Assembly: GCF_001194135.2 (NCBI RefSeq)
Contig: NC_069005.1
Coordinates: forward strand, 12,137,496 to 12,189,219
Direction: 5' to 3'
Length of the DNA: 51,724 nt
DNA from: Octopus bimaculoides
Taxonomy: Eukaryota
This document shows positions 34,687 to 46,534 of the stretch, one piece after another (the first letter of the stretch is position 1; every line of letters begins with the position of its first letter). The notes below the pieces were generated by a model. It was not told the DNA's origin and did not search any database. It was given only the letters and a program-made list of their open reading frames with translations. Position numbers and translations under genes: made by a program.

Positions 34687-36507
34687 ATATGTATATATGT
34701 TTTCAAAGCTGCTGTCACACACAATATCCGAAGTGCTTTAGGTCTTAATCACATCAAATGACTTTATTCCCGAAGGAAACCTACAGAAGATTGACAATGA
34801 AGCCTTATAATATTTTAGATTAAAAGTATTTCAAAGATAAAACGAAAAGTTTGAATGAATTTGAGCTGTTGAAAAATATGTTATTCATATTTATATTTAA
34901 TGCGCACCTACGTACATTCATACACATACATATGCATAAAAATATGTGTGGGGTAGTGTGGGGTGTGTGTGACAGTGTGTGGAGAGCGTGTTTGTGGGGG
35001 AATGTATGGGGTGAGTGTGTGTGCGTGTTAGTGTTTTGCATATATACTTCAGTCGTATAACCAGATGCCTTTATCTCCTTAGTAAGATATCATTTAAAAT
35101 TACCATTAATTAGAATAAACTCTTCAAGGTTTTTAATGCTAAAATTAGTTATTCTCGTCAAGATAACACTACTTCCCAGATTTCGCTGTACAACTTAAGC
35201 ATTGTTAGACTCCGCGACCGACATCTGTCGAACCACTGAGCTACACTTACTTGGTAACTTGCCCTCCTAGCATTAGCAACAAAATATCTATCGTATCCCA
35301 TTCCATAGTCATTCAAGAAATAACTTTGGATTATGTGGTCCTGTGTTCCGTGCACATAGGTCACGGGGTTGTAATGTTTGGAATATCTTTGAATATAGAA
35401 TTTCTTAGTTAGTGTGAAACTGGTGCTGAAGAAATCAAACGCAATAAATTAATTTCAACATTTTCTTAAGCATAACGGTTTTGAAAAATGACAAACCTGA
35501 TAATTNNNNNNNNNNAATCAAACGCAATAAATTAATTTCAACATTTTCTAAAGCATAACGGTTTTGAAAAATGACAAACCTGATAATTACTTTCTGTAAA
35601 ATCGATGGGATGGTTATTTCCAGAATGACATTTACCACAAGTTTAAGCATTGAGAACTCGCTTGTGTCGAAGCAAAAAGAAAAGAAAAAATTAGCAGTCA
35701 CAACGGCGTCGACGGTAATGTACCGGTGAAGGAATTTCTACGCAGGGATCGACTTGATATTCAAACAAAATTTCACGCAGCTAACATGCTTAGGGCTTTT
35801 AAGAAAATGAAAACTGGGGAAAATTAGATAGTTCACTCTGAAATATAGTGTAATGTCTGAAGAAAACTCTGGAACCCGAACAAAACCTCTAACTCTTATC
35901 TTAGCTCTAACAAAATGTTTAATTATTGGTCGACCTAGGAAGTATTGCTTTGACCACACTAACAAAACCAACATGAGCAACAGTTCTCATAGTCCTTGGA
36001 ACTACGCTTATAACCATCTTTCAAATACTGCCATTACACACCAGAATACAACGGAAATATCATACTGCGAACAATATATACTCCCCCTTGTGGCCTGTTA
36101 ACACGCAAAATACACAAAAACTTAAAATTCACTTAATTAGTGCACCAAATTTGTACTGCAATGTACACTGACATTAAAAAAATTGCAGAGGACCAACATC
36201 TGTTGCTTTTGAATAAGTTCATCTCGTCTGCTTCTGTTGTGACAACCATCAGTACTTAATTGAAAGCATGTTTTATCCGTTAACTGAAGGCATGGTGTGT
36301 TTTGAAATGTGTTTCCGAGTGTTACACTCCGTAGTACAGGTTATTACCTACTTGTCATAGGTGTGTTAATTTAGGGAATAACCTGATAGTAGACAACAAC
36401 GACAGTGAAAATAATAACAAAATCGATGAGATCAACTTTAAGATGACCCTCTTATTAAAAGGAAAAACAACGGCAGGAACCATGAGGATACTATGATAAA
36501 GGGAATT

Positions 36508-36586
36508 TTCGGTCGAAACTATTCTAGAGCTCGGTGCTTTTCGATTTGAACTGCGGTTATACTTATTTAGTGAAGGGTCTTATTCA

Positions 36587-36642
<56 letters not shown>

Positions 36643-37500
36643 GGAAAAAGAGAAATAACGGCAGCAATCATGAGAACTCGTTCGTGTAAACCCCAGAGCT
36701 CTGTGCTTTCCAATTTAGTATGTAAAGTAAGTAAAGACCCCTATCTGTCATGAATGACCATGGGATTGCACCAAAAAGTTACTTTCCAAGGCACAAGTGC
36801 GGGCAAGGTTGTTTATTGAAGACCATCAGTCACCCATGCATACCAGCCTCCCTTCTCCATGCCACTGATGTTATCCAAGGTAAAAGCAAAGGCCGAAACA
36901 GCTTGGTACTAGTGACGTCGCAGCTCATTTCTACAGCTGAGTGAGCTGAAGTATCATGAAATAAAGTGACTTGTTCAATTACACAACACACAGCCCGATC
37001 CGGGAATCGAACTCACTATCTCATGATTGTGAGTCGGACGCTGAGCCATGCACCTTCACTTAACCCAGAAGTATACTAATTTTGTGAAAGAACTTATTCT
37101 AAACCATAACAACAATAAAAACAACAGCACGTCAGCTTCGCATGGCTTCAGTTTGGCTTGATGAGATGGACGTGTCCTATGCACCTAGGAAACTTTAAGC
37201 TATGCGGAGCTGAATCAAACTGTTATTTAAAATCATATATAAAATGGGTTGAATATACAAAATGGGTTGAATGCCATAAGTTAGCAGGTATGTATGTATG
37301 TATGTATGTACTTATGTATGTATGTATGTGTACATGTATGTATGTATGACTGTATGTATGTATGAATGTATGTATGTATGTATGTATGTATGGATGGATG
37401 GATGTACGGCAGCAGTGATGAAATCTCCTTCAAGAAAATGAAGAGAATGCCCGTTCGAGAAACTTCCAGAGCTCTGTGCTTTCCGATTTAAACTTCCGGC
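36508..37500 (+). repeat. Three dispersed copies of a ~50-bp motif (36508-36557, 36674-36718, 37444-37500)
   Basis: Core (C/T)AGAGCTC(T/G)GTGCTTT(C/T)C(G/A)ATTT present in all three, same orientation. Confidence 0.75.
36731..37057 (-). mobile_element. tRNA-derived SINE, group A variant (same head and CORE-like body as 726-860, different 3' tail)
   Basis: Reverse complement of GTGAGTTCGATTCCCGGATC...GTGTAATTGAACAAGTCACTTTATTTCATGATACTTCAGCTCACTCAGCTG, then an unrelated tail ending GGTCATTCATGACAGATAGGGGTCTTTAC. Confidence 0.8.
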
Positions 37501-37917
37501 TACTCTCGGGTCGATATTCTGCAAAAATATTGATGCACGTTAGAGAACAGTAAGCTTATCAACTGTCTACTGTCTGCTCTCTGCTGTCCACTCATTCATT
37601 AAGTTCAGCAGAATGTGACAAGAGACATGTTAGCAAACATACAGGTTTCCTAGTTACACTGCGGCAGTGGAAACTAATAGACATGTCAACAATTAGACAG
37701 TGGCTAAAAAATTATAGATTATTATTACCTTTGTTGTCTTGTCTCATACGTAGACACACAGAGAGATGAACAGAGAGTTAGGTAGGTACATAGAGGGAGA
37801 GGGAGAGAGAGAAAGTGTGTGATGGAAAAAGATGAGCATAGACAGGATATAAATATCTTGATAGATAAGTAGATTAGATAAATAGATAGACAGACAGTTA
37901 CGAGATCAGGCAGATAA

Positions 37918-37960
<43 letters not shown>

Positions 37961-38859
37961 NNNNNNNNNNNNNNNNNNNNNNNNNNNNNNNNNNNNNNNN
38001 NNNNNNNNNNNNNNNNNNNNNNNNNNNNNNNNNNNNNNNNNNNNNNNNNNNNNNNNNNNNNNNNNNNNNNNNNNNNNNNNNNNNNNNNNNNNNNNNNNNN
38101 NNNNNNNNNNNNNNNNNNNNNNNNNNNNNNNNNNNNNNNNNNNNNNNNNNNNNNNNNNNNNNNNNNNNNNNNNNNNNNNNNNNNNNNNNNNNNNNNNNNN
38201 NNNNNNNNNNNNNNNNNNNNNNNNNNNNNNNNNNNNNNNNNNNNNNNNNNNNNNNNNNNNNNNNNNNNNNNNNNNNNNNNNNNNNNNNNNNNNNNNNNNN
38301 NNNNNNNNNNNNNNNNNNNNNNNNNNNNNNNNNNNNNNNNNNNNNNNNNNNNNNNNNNNNNNNNNNNNNNNNNNNNNNNNNNNNNNNNNNNNNNNNNNNN
38401 NNNNNNNNNNNNNNNNNNNNNNNNNNNNNNNNNNNNNNNNNNNNNNNNNNNNNNNNNNNNNNNNNNNNNNNNNNNNNNNNNNNNNNNNNNNNNNNNNNNN
38501 NNNNNNNNNNNNNNNNNNNNNNNNNNNNNNNNNNNNNNNNNNNNNNNNNNNNNNNNNNNNNNNNNNNNNNNNNNNNNNNNNNNNNNNNNNNNNNNNNNNN
38601 NNNNNNNNNNNNNNNNNNNNNNNNNNNNNNNNNNNNNNNNNNNNNNNNNNNNNNNNNNNNNNNNNNNNNNNNNNNNNNNNNNNNNNNNNNNNNNNNNNNN
38701 NNNNNNNNNNNNNNNNNNNNNNNNNNNNNNNNNNNNNNNNNNNNATCTTCTTTTCCAGTGACATTCTTCACTGATATTGAAAAGGTGAAAACAAGCAATG
38801 TTAATTCTCTAAATGAAGTATTAACAGTAACTGCACGATAAAGTGTAGTATATTGCCAC

Positions 38860-39110
38860 TTAAGTGTGGCTGACCCCTAGGGGTGGATGTTACTGTTGCT
38901 TTTAGCCCCAGGAGGACATCTCCTCCAGCTGGCTTATCGACACACGACTGTGTCCTGTTTGCCAAGGGAGTTATCCCTCTCACATGGTGGTTGTCTACTC
39001 CTTAAACAGAGTTTGACCACCTCCTGCACCTACACCTTAGCCCTTTCATGGCGTCTGATGTGGCGTTTTAAACCATCCTGCAGCAACCTCAGTAAGTGTC
39101 TTCAACAATA
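38860..39110 (-). repeat. GC-rich probable retroelement 5'-UTR fragment
   Basis: GC-rich non-coding island ending GGGGCTAAAAGCAACAGTAACATCCACCCCTAGGGG, reminiscent of RTE 5' UTRs; no second copy in the window. Confidence 0.25.
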
Positions 39111-39324
39111 ATAGTAGGTAGACCAATGCTTTGTGGGTGAACGTTTTAGCAAAAACTATGCAGAAGCTTATTATACATACGCATACATACACACGCTCTT
39201 ACACAGACAGATATACATATATTTATGTATATTTGATTATGTGCCGGTGTTTGAATTATGTATGTACATTTGTGTATTCATTCATCTACGTAAGTATGCA
39301 TGGATACGTATTTATGCGTCCGTT

Positions 39325-39910
39325 AGCTCTTGATATTCCAATGTTCTCAGCACAACGAACTACGAGCCTTCTCTAAATATTCCTATTGCTCGCCTCCCTC
39401 CTGGCCAACTCCCAACGCTATCGTGTCGTCCCGAAATTTATTCCGCCACGTCTTTGGTCTTTCTGTCGTTCTTTTTCTTCTCTCTGCCTCCACTCTATCA
39501 CATCTCTTCTGCAGTAATCGACCAGTGAACCGTAACCGCTGCTTACTCACCATGTTTTACAAACTTCCCATGTTTGGTCTTCTCACCACCTCTTAGTTTC
39601 TTACTCTGTCCCGGTACTGAACATAAAAAACGTTAATGAAATACGCCCAGCAAATAAAATGAAAGTCTTTGCTGTCTATTTCCAGATTCCACAAGCGTCG
39701 ATGGCTGTTGGTATAACAATAGTTGAATTTTCTATCTCCATATTGAATGTAGGCATTACAATACTGACACCACTTTACCTCTCCTAGCCTTGATTTCAAC
39801 TTCATCACTTCGTTGCAAATATAGTTTTCTACATATGTAAACTTACCGATTTGATTTCATCTCCAAGACTGACAAGTAATGGTTGGGAGTCACCAACAGA
39901 CATGTAGACA
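39325..39910 (-). mobile_element. RTE-clade LINE relic (end of RT through ORF C-terminus), frameshifted
   Basis: Colinear peptides: GKFTYVENYICNE, EIKARRGKVVSVL*CLHSIWR, STIVIPTAIDACGIWK*TAK, LGVFH*RFL, QYRDRVRN*EVVRR, VSKQRLRFTGRLLQ, RKRTTERPKTWRNKFRDDTIALGV, EKARSSLC. These match the RTE consensus order FTYLGS, EI..RIGKA, PTAIYACETW, D.V.NEEV.RR, RLR.AGH, GRPK.TW. Confidence 0.85.
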
Positions 39911-40840
39911 CATATAAACTCAGATTCAACACATACACATTGTACATATACAGACCATATAGACCAATAGAAACATAAAATATATTTTGATGTATATCAG
40001 GCCATTTAGATATCAATAGATATATAGATCGATATTCGAATGTATTTGTGTATGTATGTATAAATGCACCTAAGTTCGTATTTATGTGTTACGTATTTAT
40101 GCTAGTTTCAATGTATTAATATATGTATGCATATTTGTGTGCAAGAGTAATTTATATATCTGCCTGCTTGTATACATACATGCAAGAGTATATATACGTA
40201 TATATGGGCGCATGGGAGTGTGTGTGTTGTTGTTGTTGTTGTGGGGGATGATTTTCCCCAAGTATTTCAGCACTCGATCAGTTAAGAGAATAACGATATC
40301 CTTATAATCAAAACCTTTTGAAATGCAGTCACTCNNNNNNNNNNNNNNNNNNNNNNNNNNNNNNNNNNNNNNNNNNNNNNNNNNNNNNNNNNNNNNNNNN
40401 NNNNNNNNNNNNNNNNNNNNNNNNNNNNNNNNNNNNNNNNNNNNNNNNNNNNNNNNNNNNNNNNNNNNNNNNNNNNNNNNNNNNNNNNNNNNNNNNNNNN
40501 NNNNNNNNNNNNNNNNNNNNNNNNNNNNNNNNNNNNNNNNNNNNNNNNNNNNNNNNNNNNNNNNNNNNNNNNNNNNNNNNNNNNNNNNNNNNNNNNNNNN
40601 NNNNNNNNNNNNNNNNNNNNNNNNNNNNNNNNNNNNNNNNNNNNNNNNNNNNNNNNNNNNNNNNNNNNNNNNNNNNNNNNNNNNNNNNNNNNNNNNNNNN
40701 NNNNNNNNNNNNNNNNNNNNNNNNNNNNNNNNNNNNNNNNNNNNNNNNNNNNNNNNNNNNNNNNNNNNNNNNNNNNNNNNNNNNNNNNNNNNNNNNNNNN
40801 NNNNNNNNNNNNNNNNNNNNNNNNNNNNNNNNNNNNNNNN

Positions 40841-40892
<52 letters not shown>

Positions 40893-42058
40893 AGCATGTT
40901 TGTGTGTATGTATGTACGTGTGTTTGTATATGCATATGAGTGCGAATGCATTAACCTTCGTATTTGTATGTATATATATGTAACTATGTTTATGTGTGTT
41001 TTGAATACACGTGACCTTTGAAAAATATACTTGTTCAAACGTGTATTCACATAAAATAAAACGCACACACACATATACACACAAACACACATATACACAC
41101 ATAAACTCAGACACACTCATACAGGTATGCGGACTCAGACACAACGTACTTATGCACACACAGATCAAATAAACCGATAGAAACATGAAATATAAATTAC
41201 ATTTCCATATATGGAAATAAATAAACTGTTCAATAAAATCGGTTGCTTTACTTTGTTGCATTCGTTTATTTTTCCTTATTTCAGAAAGCATAAATGTCCT
41301 CCACTTAATGTTCTGCCGTACTGGATCGCTGATGTTGTGGTGTGAATGCACAATGCTTTGTAGATGTACTCGTTTTGAAAGTGATGTCATGTGGTTTCAA
41401 CTATGAGTTGAAACAGCATTGCGAGGATTTATTCTTACGTCTGGAGGCTGAGGCTGAGAAAGAATTATCTTTTCCTCCTCACCCACCATACACCTCCAAG
41501 TTGATTTTTTTTTTACTCTTTCTCCCTTCACTCACGTGCAACTTACGGATCTACACATTGTCTGACTCCCCCCTCTCTCCCTCTATTCCTCTCATCCTTC
41601 CACTCTGTACTTTACCATTATTACTATTCTGCTACTTCTCAGTGCCTATTGTACTCTCAGTCATTACGTGTTCTCCTCTGCGTACCCTCACCTTANNNNN
41701 NNNNNNNNNNNNNNNNNNNNNNNNNNNNNNNNNNNNNNNNNNNNNNNNNNNNNNNNNNNNNNNNNNNNNNNNNNNNNNNNNNNNNNNNNNNNNNNNNNNN
41801 NNNNNNNNNNNNNNNNNNNNNNNNNNNNNNNNNNNNNNNNNNNNNNNNNNNNNNNNNNNNNNNNNNNNNNNNNNNNNNNNNNNNNNNNNNNNNNNNNNNN
41901 NNNNNNNNNNNNNNNNNNNNNNNNNNNNNNNNNNNNNNNNNNNNNNNNNNNNNNNNNNNNCTCAGCCATACCCCACCGCTGTTCCCCTTCTATTATCAAA
42001 ATTTCGAATTTAAATTATAAATTTCGAATTTACAATCCAAATGCCAAATATTATCAAT

Positions 42059-42094
<36 letters not shown>

Positions 42095-42447
42095 GCGCAT
42101 CATGATAATAGTCATTGTCCTCTGACTTTCAGAGTTCAAATACCACTGAGGATGATGACATAGCCTGCCATCGATTAGGGTCGATAAAATAAGTACCAGT
42201 TTGTCGATGAGATCAACTAACCATGTTCTCCTCAAAATTATTGGCCTTCTGGCAAAGTTTGAAACCATTATTATCCATTAAGTGAGTCGGACAAAGTGCA
42301 TTGCGGCATTTCTTCCTAAATTTTACGTTCTGACTTCAAATTCCGCATCCGTCGTCAGATCTTTTCATTCTTCTGACGGCGATAAAGTACCAGTCAAATA
42401 CTGAGGTCGATGTAACCAACTACACGTCTCCTAGAATTTCAAGCCAT
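42095..42447 (+). mobile_element. Two head-to-tail degenerate SINE group C copies (about 42095-42270 and 42290-42447)
   Basis: GAGTTCAAATACCACTGAGG...GGGTCGATAAAATAAGTACCAG...TTTGAAACC, and GGACAAAGTGC...TTACGTTCTGACTTCAAATTCCGC...GTACCAGTCAAATACTGAGGTCGATGTAACC. Confidence 0.75.
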
Positions 42448-42488
42448 GTAACTTTATGACAAAAGTTGCTTCCTCTTCCTCTTCTTCC

Positions 42489-42565
<77 letters not shown>

Positions 42566-42567
<2 letters not shown>

Positions 42568-43354
42568 TGATTAATAAGCGATATAGAATATGGAACATAC
42601 GACAATCTTTATTGATCACTACAATTATTTCGACCACTCTAGCATTGATTCATCGCGGGTGAGATTTTGAATGTCTAGTTTAAGTGCTTCCTTCGGTTTA
42701 GTTGTGTCTTCTCAAGTGATTTTAATAGGTATCTCATTAAAATGAACTCTGTTTCGCAGGATTTCTTCTTGGTCTTCCTATATAGAAATGACAAATTAAG
42801 ATTTATAACAAATATCAGATACAAAATCTTTGACCCTTCACCAACCATTAATAGACACTGACTTTATCAATATCTACTTAATTCTGTGTGCAAGCGTATG
42901 TGTGCCGAACCATGCGCCAAACCACGCGTGTATGTGTGCTTGTATGACCGTGTGCTTTTGTACGAGCGAGTGTATTTGCGCCAGTCCACGTATGTGTGGC
43001 GTTTCTACATCCATATCTACTAATGCTAATATCTAGTACTTTTTTCGGTGTGTTGTTTATTTCTTTCTTTTTGTATCTACTGTTTATTATGGACCTTCTA
43101 TAAGAATGAAGCTGTTTAGCTTAATTTACCAACTCCATTTACGAAGAAGAAGAAAAATTTTGCGAAACAGAGTTTATGTTAACGTGATACTTACTGAAAT
43201 CACCTGAGGAGACACATCTACACTGTGGGACACACCAAAGCCAAATGTTCAGAATACCACCCGCGAGGGATGGATGCTAGATAAATCGAAACGATTGTAG
43301 TAATCAATAAAAATTCTCGTATCCTCCATTTTCCGTGTCTCTTATTAATTAAAT
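42566..43354. repeat. Diverged inverted pair of a ~155-bp element (42566-42723 +, 43196-43354 -)
   Basis: Ungapped 73/95 identity (about 77%) over the outer ends. One copy abuts (ATT)n, the other (TA)n. Confidence 0.8.
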
Positions 43355-43404
43355 ATATGTAAATATATATATATATATATATGAGTGTGTGTGTGTGTTG
43401 TGCG

Positions 43405-43620
43405 TGTGTTTCTTTGTGTCTGTATTTGTCCCGCTTAAAAACCGATGTTGGTATCATTATATCCGCGAAACATAGCGGTTTGACAAAGCAGATCGAAAGA
43501 ATAGGTACCAGGCATTTAAAGAAAGGAAGTACTGGGGGTCGAATCATTCGACTAGAAATTCATGATAGTACCCCAGCATGGGCGCAGATTAATGACTGAA
43601 ACGAATAAAAGTAAAATAAA
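43405..43620 (+). mobile_element. SINE group B, 3' half
   Basis: ACCGATGTTGGT...AGCGGTTTGACAAAGCAG...GTACTGGGGGTCGAATCATTCGACT...CCCCAGCATGGGCGCAG..ATGACTGAAAC. Confidence 0.75.
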
Positions 43621-44039
43621 ATATAAAAGATTTGTCTTTAACCTCCCCTCCTCAATATATTTGGCATTTTTGAACGTCTAACTCAATGCCAGTACAGCAA
43701 AAAGTTTTTCCAGAGATATTTTACTCCTTTGCATGCGTTTTTGAAAAATAAACATTTTGTTTTGTTTATTGACATCGCCACTTCTGTAACACAGTGGGTG
43801 GAGCTAATAAACCTAAAGATAGAAGAAACAAAAACACCGGAGACAAGCAGAAAAAATTTATGAGAATTAATGCATAGCACAACAATGAATGATACACGTT
43901 GTTATAACTTTTCAAGGGCAACAGAAAAACGTGGTGAAAATGCAAATTAAAATGAGAATAATCAAAGGCCGAGTTATTACTTGTGTGGGATTGAAAACCA
44001 CTAATGGGCCTTCTCAACAGGAAAAGAATAATGATGTTA

Positions 44040-44081
<42 letters not shown>

Positions 44082-44114
44082 TTGTTGTTGTTGTTGTTGT
44101 TGTTGTTGTTACTT

Positions 44115-44498
44115 ACTTTTAATCTGCATGTTTGTTGCAGTCACTTTCCGAGACACACCCAGCACCCAAGGGCAAGTGAAGTATAAGTAACGTTACAGTA
44201 TCACTGAAGGTTTGAGAAGGGGAAGTGGCAGGGATTTTCTAAGGATGTGGGCAGTACTTGCCAGCACAGTTTTTTATTTCTCTGAGATATGGTTCTCCTG
44301 GGATGTTGCTTAGATGCTTCAGACATGCCTTTGTGTTATCATCATCATCATCATTATTATTATTATTATTGTTATTATTATTGTTATTATCATTATTATT
44401 ATTGTTGTTGTTGTTGTTGTTGTTATTGTTGTTGTTGTTGTTGTTAAGGCAGCAAGCAGGCAGAATTGTTAGCATGCCGGACAAAATGTTGAGTGGTC

Positions 44499-44539
<41 letters not shown>

Positions 44540-45775
44540 CTTATCTTTATTGCATGCTTTCACTCCACTACCTACAACTCTCCCGTGCTCCTAGGAATAT
44601 GAGTAGCATCTCGTTTCAGCATTGATTCTCTCCATTTTTTACCCTTGTAACGAAGACCGCTTGTTTATTTCCACTCAGTCATTTTTTCTTCAACTATTTA
44701 ACACGTTAGATTTTTTTTTACCGTAGTTTCTTTATAGAATTCTGTTAGCCAATTTATAGATTAAATGTTAGAATTGTCTGAACTTCTGATATTGCCTTTT
44801 CTTTTTTTTTTTTTTTACATGTATCTCTCATTCCACCCTCTGTTTTACATTTTTGCCTTCCTGGGGGACAAAAATGGATTTTGATTGCATTTTAAGATAT
44901 TTCTACCAATTGTAAACTATTTTTTATTGAATATTATATGTAGGCTTCAAAAGATAATCTATCATAGTTTTCTAACTCCATAAGTCTAGTGTCAACCTGT
45001 TCAGGCTGTAAACATAATCTTTCGCGTAGGATTATTCTAAATATAGTGATTAGTTTTCCAGTTTTTTTTTCTTCCGTTTTGCTAGCTCGTGTAGAATATT
45101 ACAACAGCCTATTATTACGGCAGCTAAATTACTGGTGCCTTTTATCATATTTCGTTTTTCTTTATTTTTTGCATTTAGCAGCTTTAAATATTCAGGTAAT
45201 GGATCAATATTAGTCCTTTCCACTGTTTTTCTTTCATTTCTCCCACTTGTACACACTCTAGTACATTAATACCTAAGTATGTCTCTTTTTACATGTGTAC
45301 GTTGGAGCTAATTATCTTATCTGCATTTCTGTATCTAGCATAATATCTAATCAATTTTTCTTTCTTCAGAGTTGCTTGGGCGCATTTTTCCAAACTAAAT
45401 CTTATATTTAATTCTTGGGTGAATCCATATACTATCTTCAGGAAGGTTTCTACTTTTTTATCACTTGCCGCTTACAACATGAGATCATCCACGTATAAGA
45501 GATGACTGATTATCTTGCAATTGCCTACTGATAATCAATCTACGCTATGCTCAGACCCATCTTTCTCTGCCTGCAGTTTTCGCATATCAGTTTATCTAAG
45601 TCGTTAATTGTGGTACTGAAACATCGGTTACTGAAACACAGTTATTACTTTCACGACACAATTTTTCTTCCAAGTATTTATATACTATCTGCCTTATTAT
45701 TAACATCATGGCAATGTAGGTAAGAAGGCAGGTTATTTGTCCCCTGGTTTTAGGGGTTTTACTCATGCGCAGAAT
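44115..45775 (-). mobile_element. R4/Dong-like (REL-endonuclease group) non-LTR retrotransposon relic, internally deleted and interrupted
   Basis: Colinear peptides: KTPKTRGQITCLLT, VYKYLEE, ENCRQRKMGLSIA*IDYQ*A, ISHLLYVDDLML*AASDKKVETFLKIVYGFTQELNIRFSLEKCAQATLKKEKL, TYLGI, LLNAKNK, RLCLQP..TRLMELE. At 44335-44225: HLSNIPGEPYLREI/KTVLASTAHILRKSL, followed by a 3' UTR ending in (AAC)n(AAT)n. Confidence 0.8.
44446..44498 (+). mobile_element. SINE group C head inserted within the R4/Dong-like relic
   Basis: AAGGCAGCAAGCAGGCAGAATTGTTAGCATGCCGGACAAAATGTTGAG between (TTG)n and (AGT)n. Confidence 0.7.
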
Positions 45776-46307
45776 CGCTGAAGCGTCGGTAAAATAATTT
45801 GCTCTGTTCAGTCACGGTTATTTGTGTTAGGCGTTCAAATTGCATCGGCGATTGACGTCGTTGTTTATCCTCTCGGGGCCAATGAGAGAGCTATTGATCA
45901 CATATTTGTGTCAATTTAATCGACTACGGCTCTCAAACGAAATATATGTCTCAGCACCACTTCATGAAATCAATATATGTTAATATTACTCTAACCTACA
46001 ATGAACTGCAAGCAAGCACACGCATTTACATTTGGGTAACAATCATGGGCGAGGTTCATAATGCATATGCGCATAAGCATGTATGTATTTGATTATACGT
46101 ACCTGAATATTTATCGACAATATTTATGTGAACTTATAAAAGTGTTTACATACATGTGTTTAATGGACATACAAGAGAAAACAATGAAAATTTGTTAACA
46201 TATTGCACACGTTTACGCATATTGATATAAAATACACACACACACATATGTATACATGCATGTCTTTATATATACATATATATGCAGATATATACATATA
46301 TATGCAA

Positions 46308-46341
<34 letters not shown>

Positions 46342-46467
46342 ATATGCATGTATATATATTGAGTATATCTACCAAATTATGTATATAATGTCTATATGAA
46401 TGTGCAAAACTCGCATATCACTATATATATATATATATACTCACACATACACACATATATAAATATT

Positions 46468-46534
46468 CTACTGTAGGTACAAGGCCACAGATTTCGTGAG
46501 GGGGAGCAGTCGATAACATGGACTACAGTACGCT
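46468..46534 (-). mobile_element. SINE group C, 3' fragment running into a gap
   Basis: GTAGGTACAAGGCCACAGATTTCGTGAGGGGAGCAGTCGATAACATGGACTACAGTAC is the reverse complement of the C tail. Confidence 0.55.

Noticed and set aside
35433-35588. 73-bp direct repeat either side of a 10-N gap
   Set aside because: Overlapping contig ends differing by one base, most likely two alleles; an assembly artefact rather than a tandem duplication.
41340-41695. C/T-rich stretch resembling a Penelope ORF end and 3' region
   Set aside because: Peptide similarity is too weak, and the informative part falls in the following gap.
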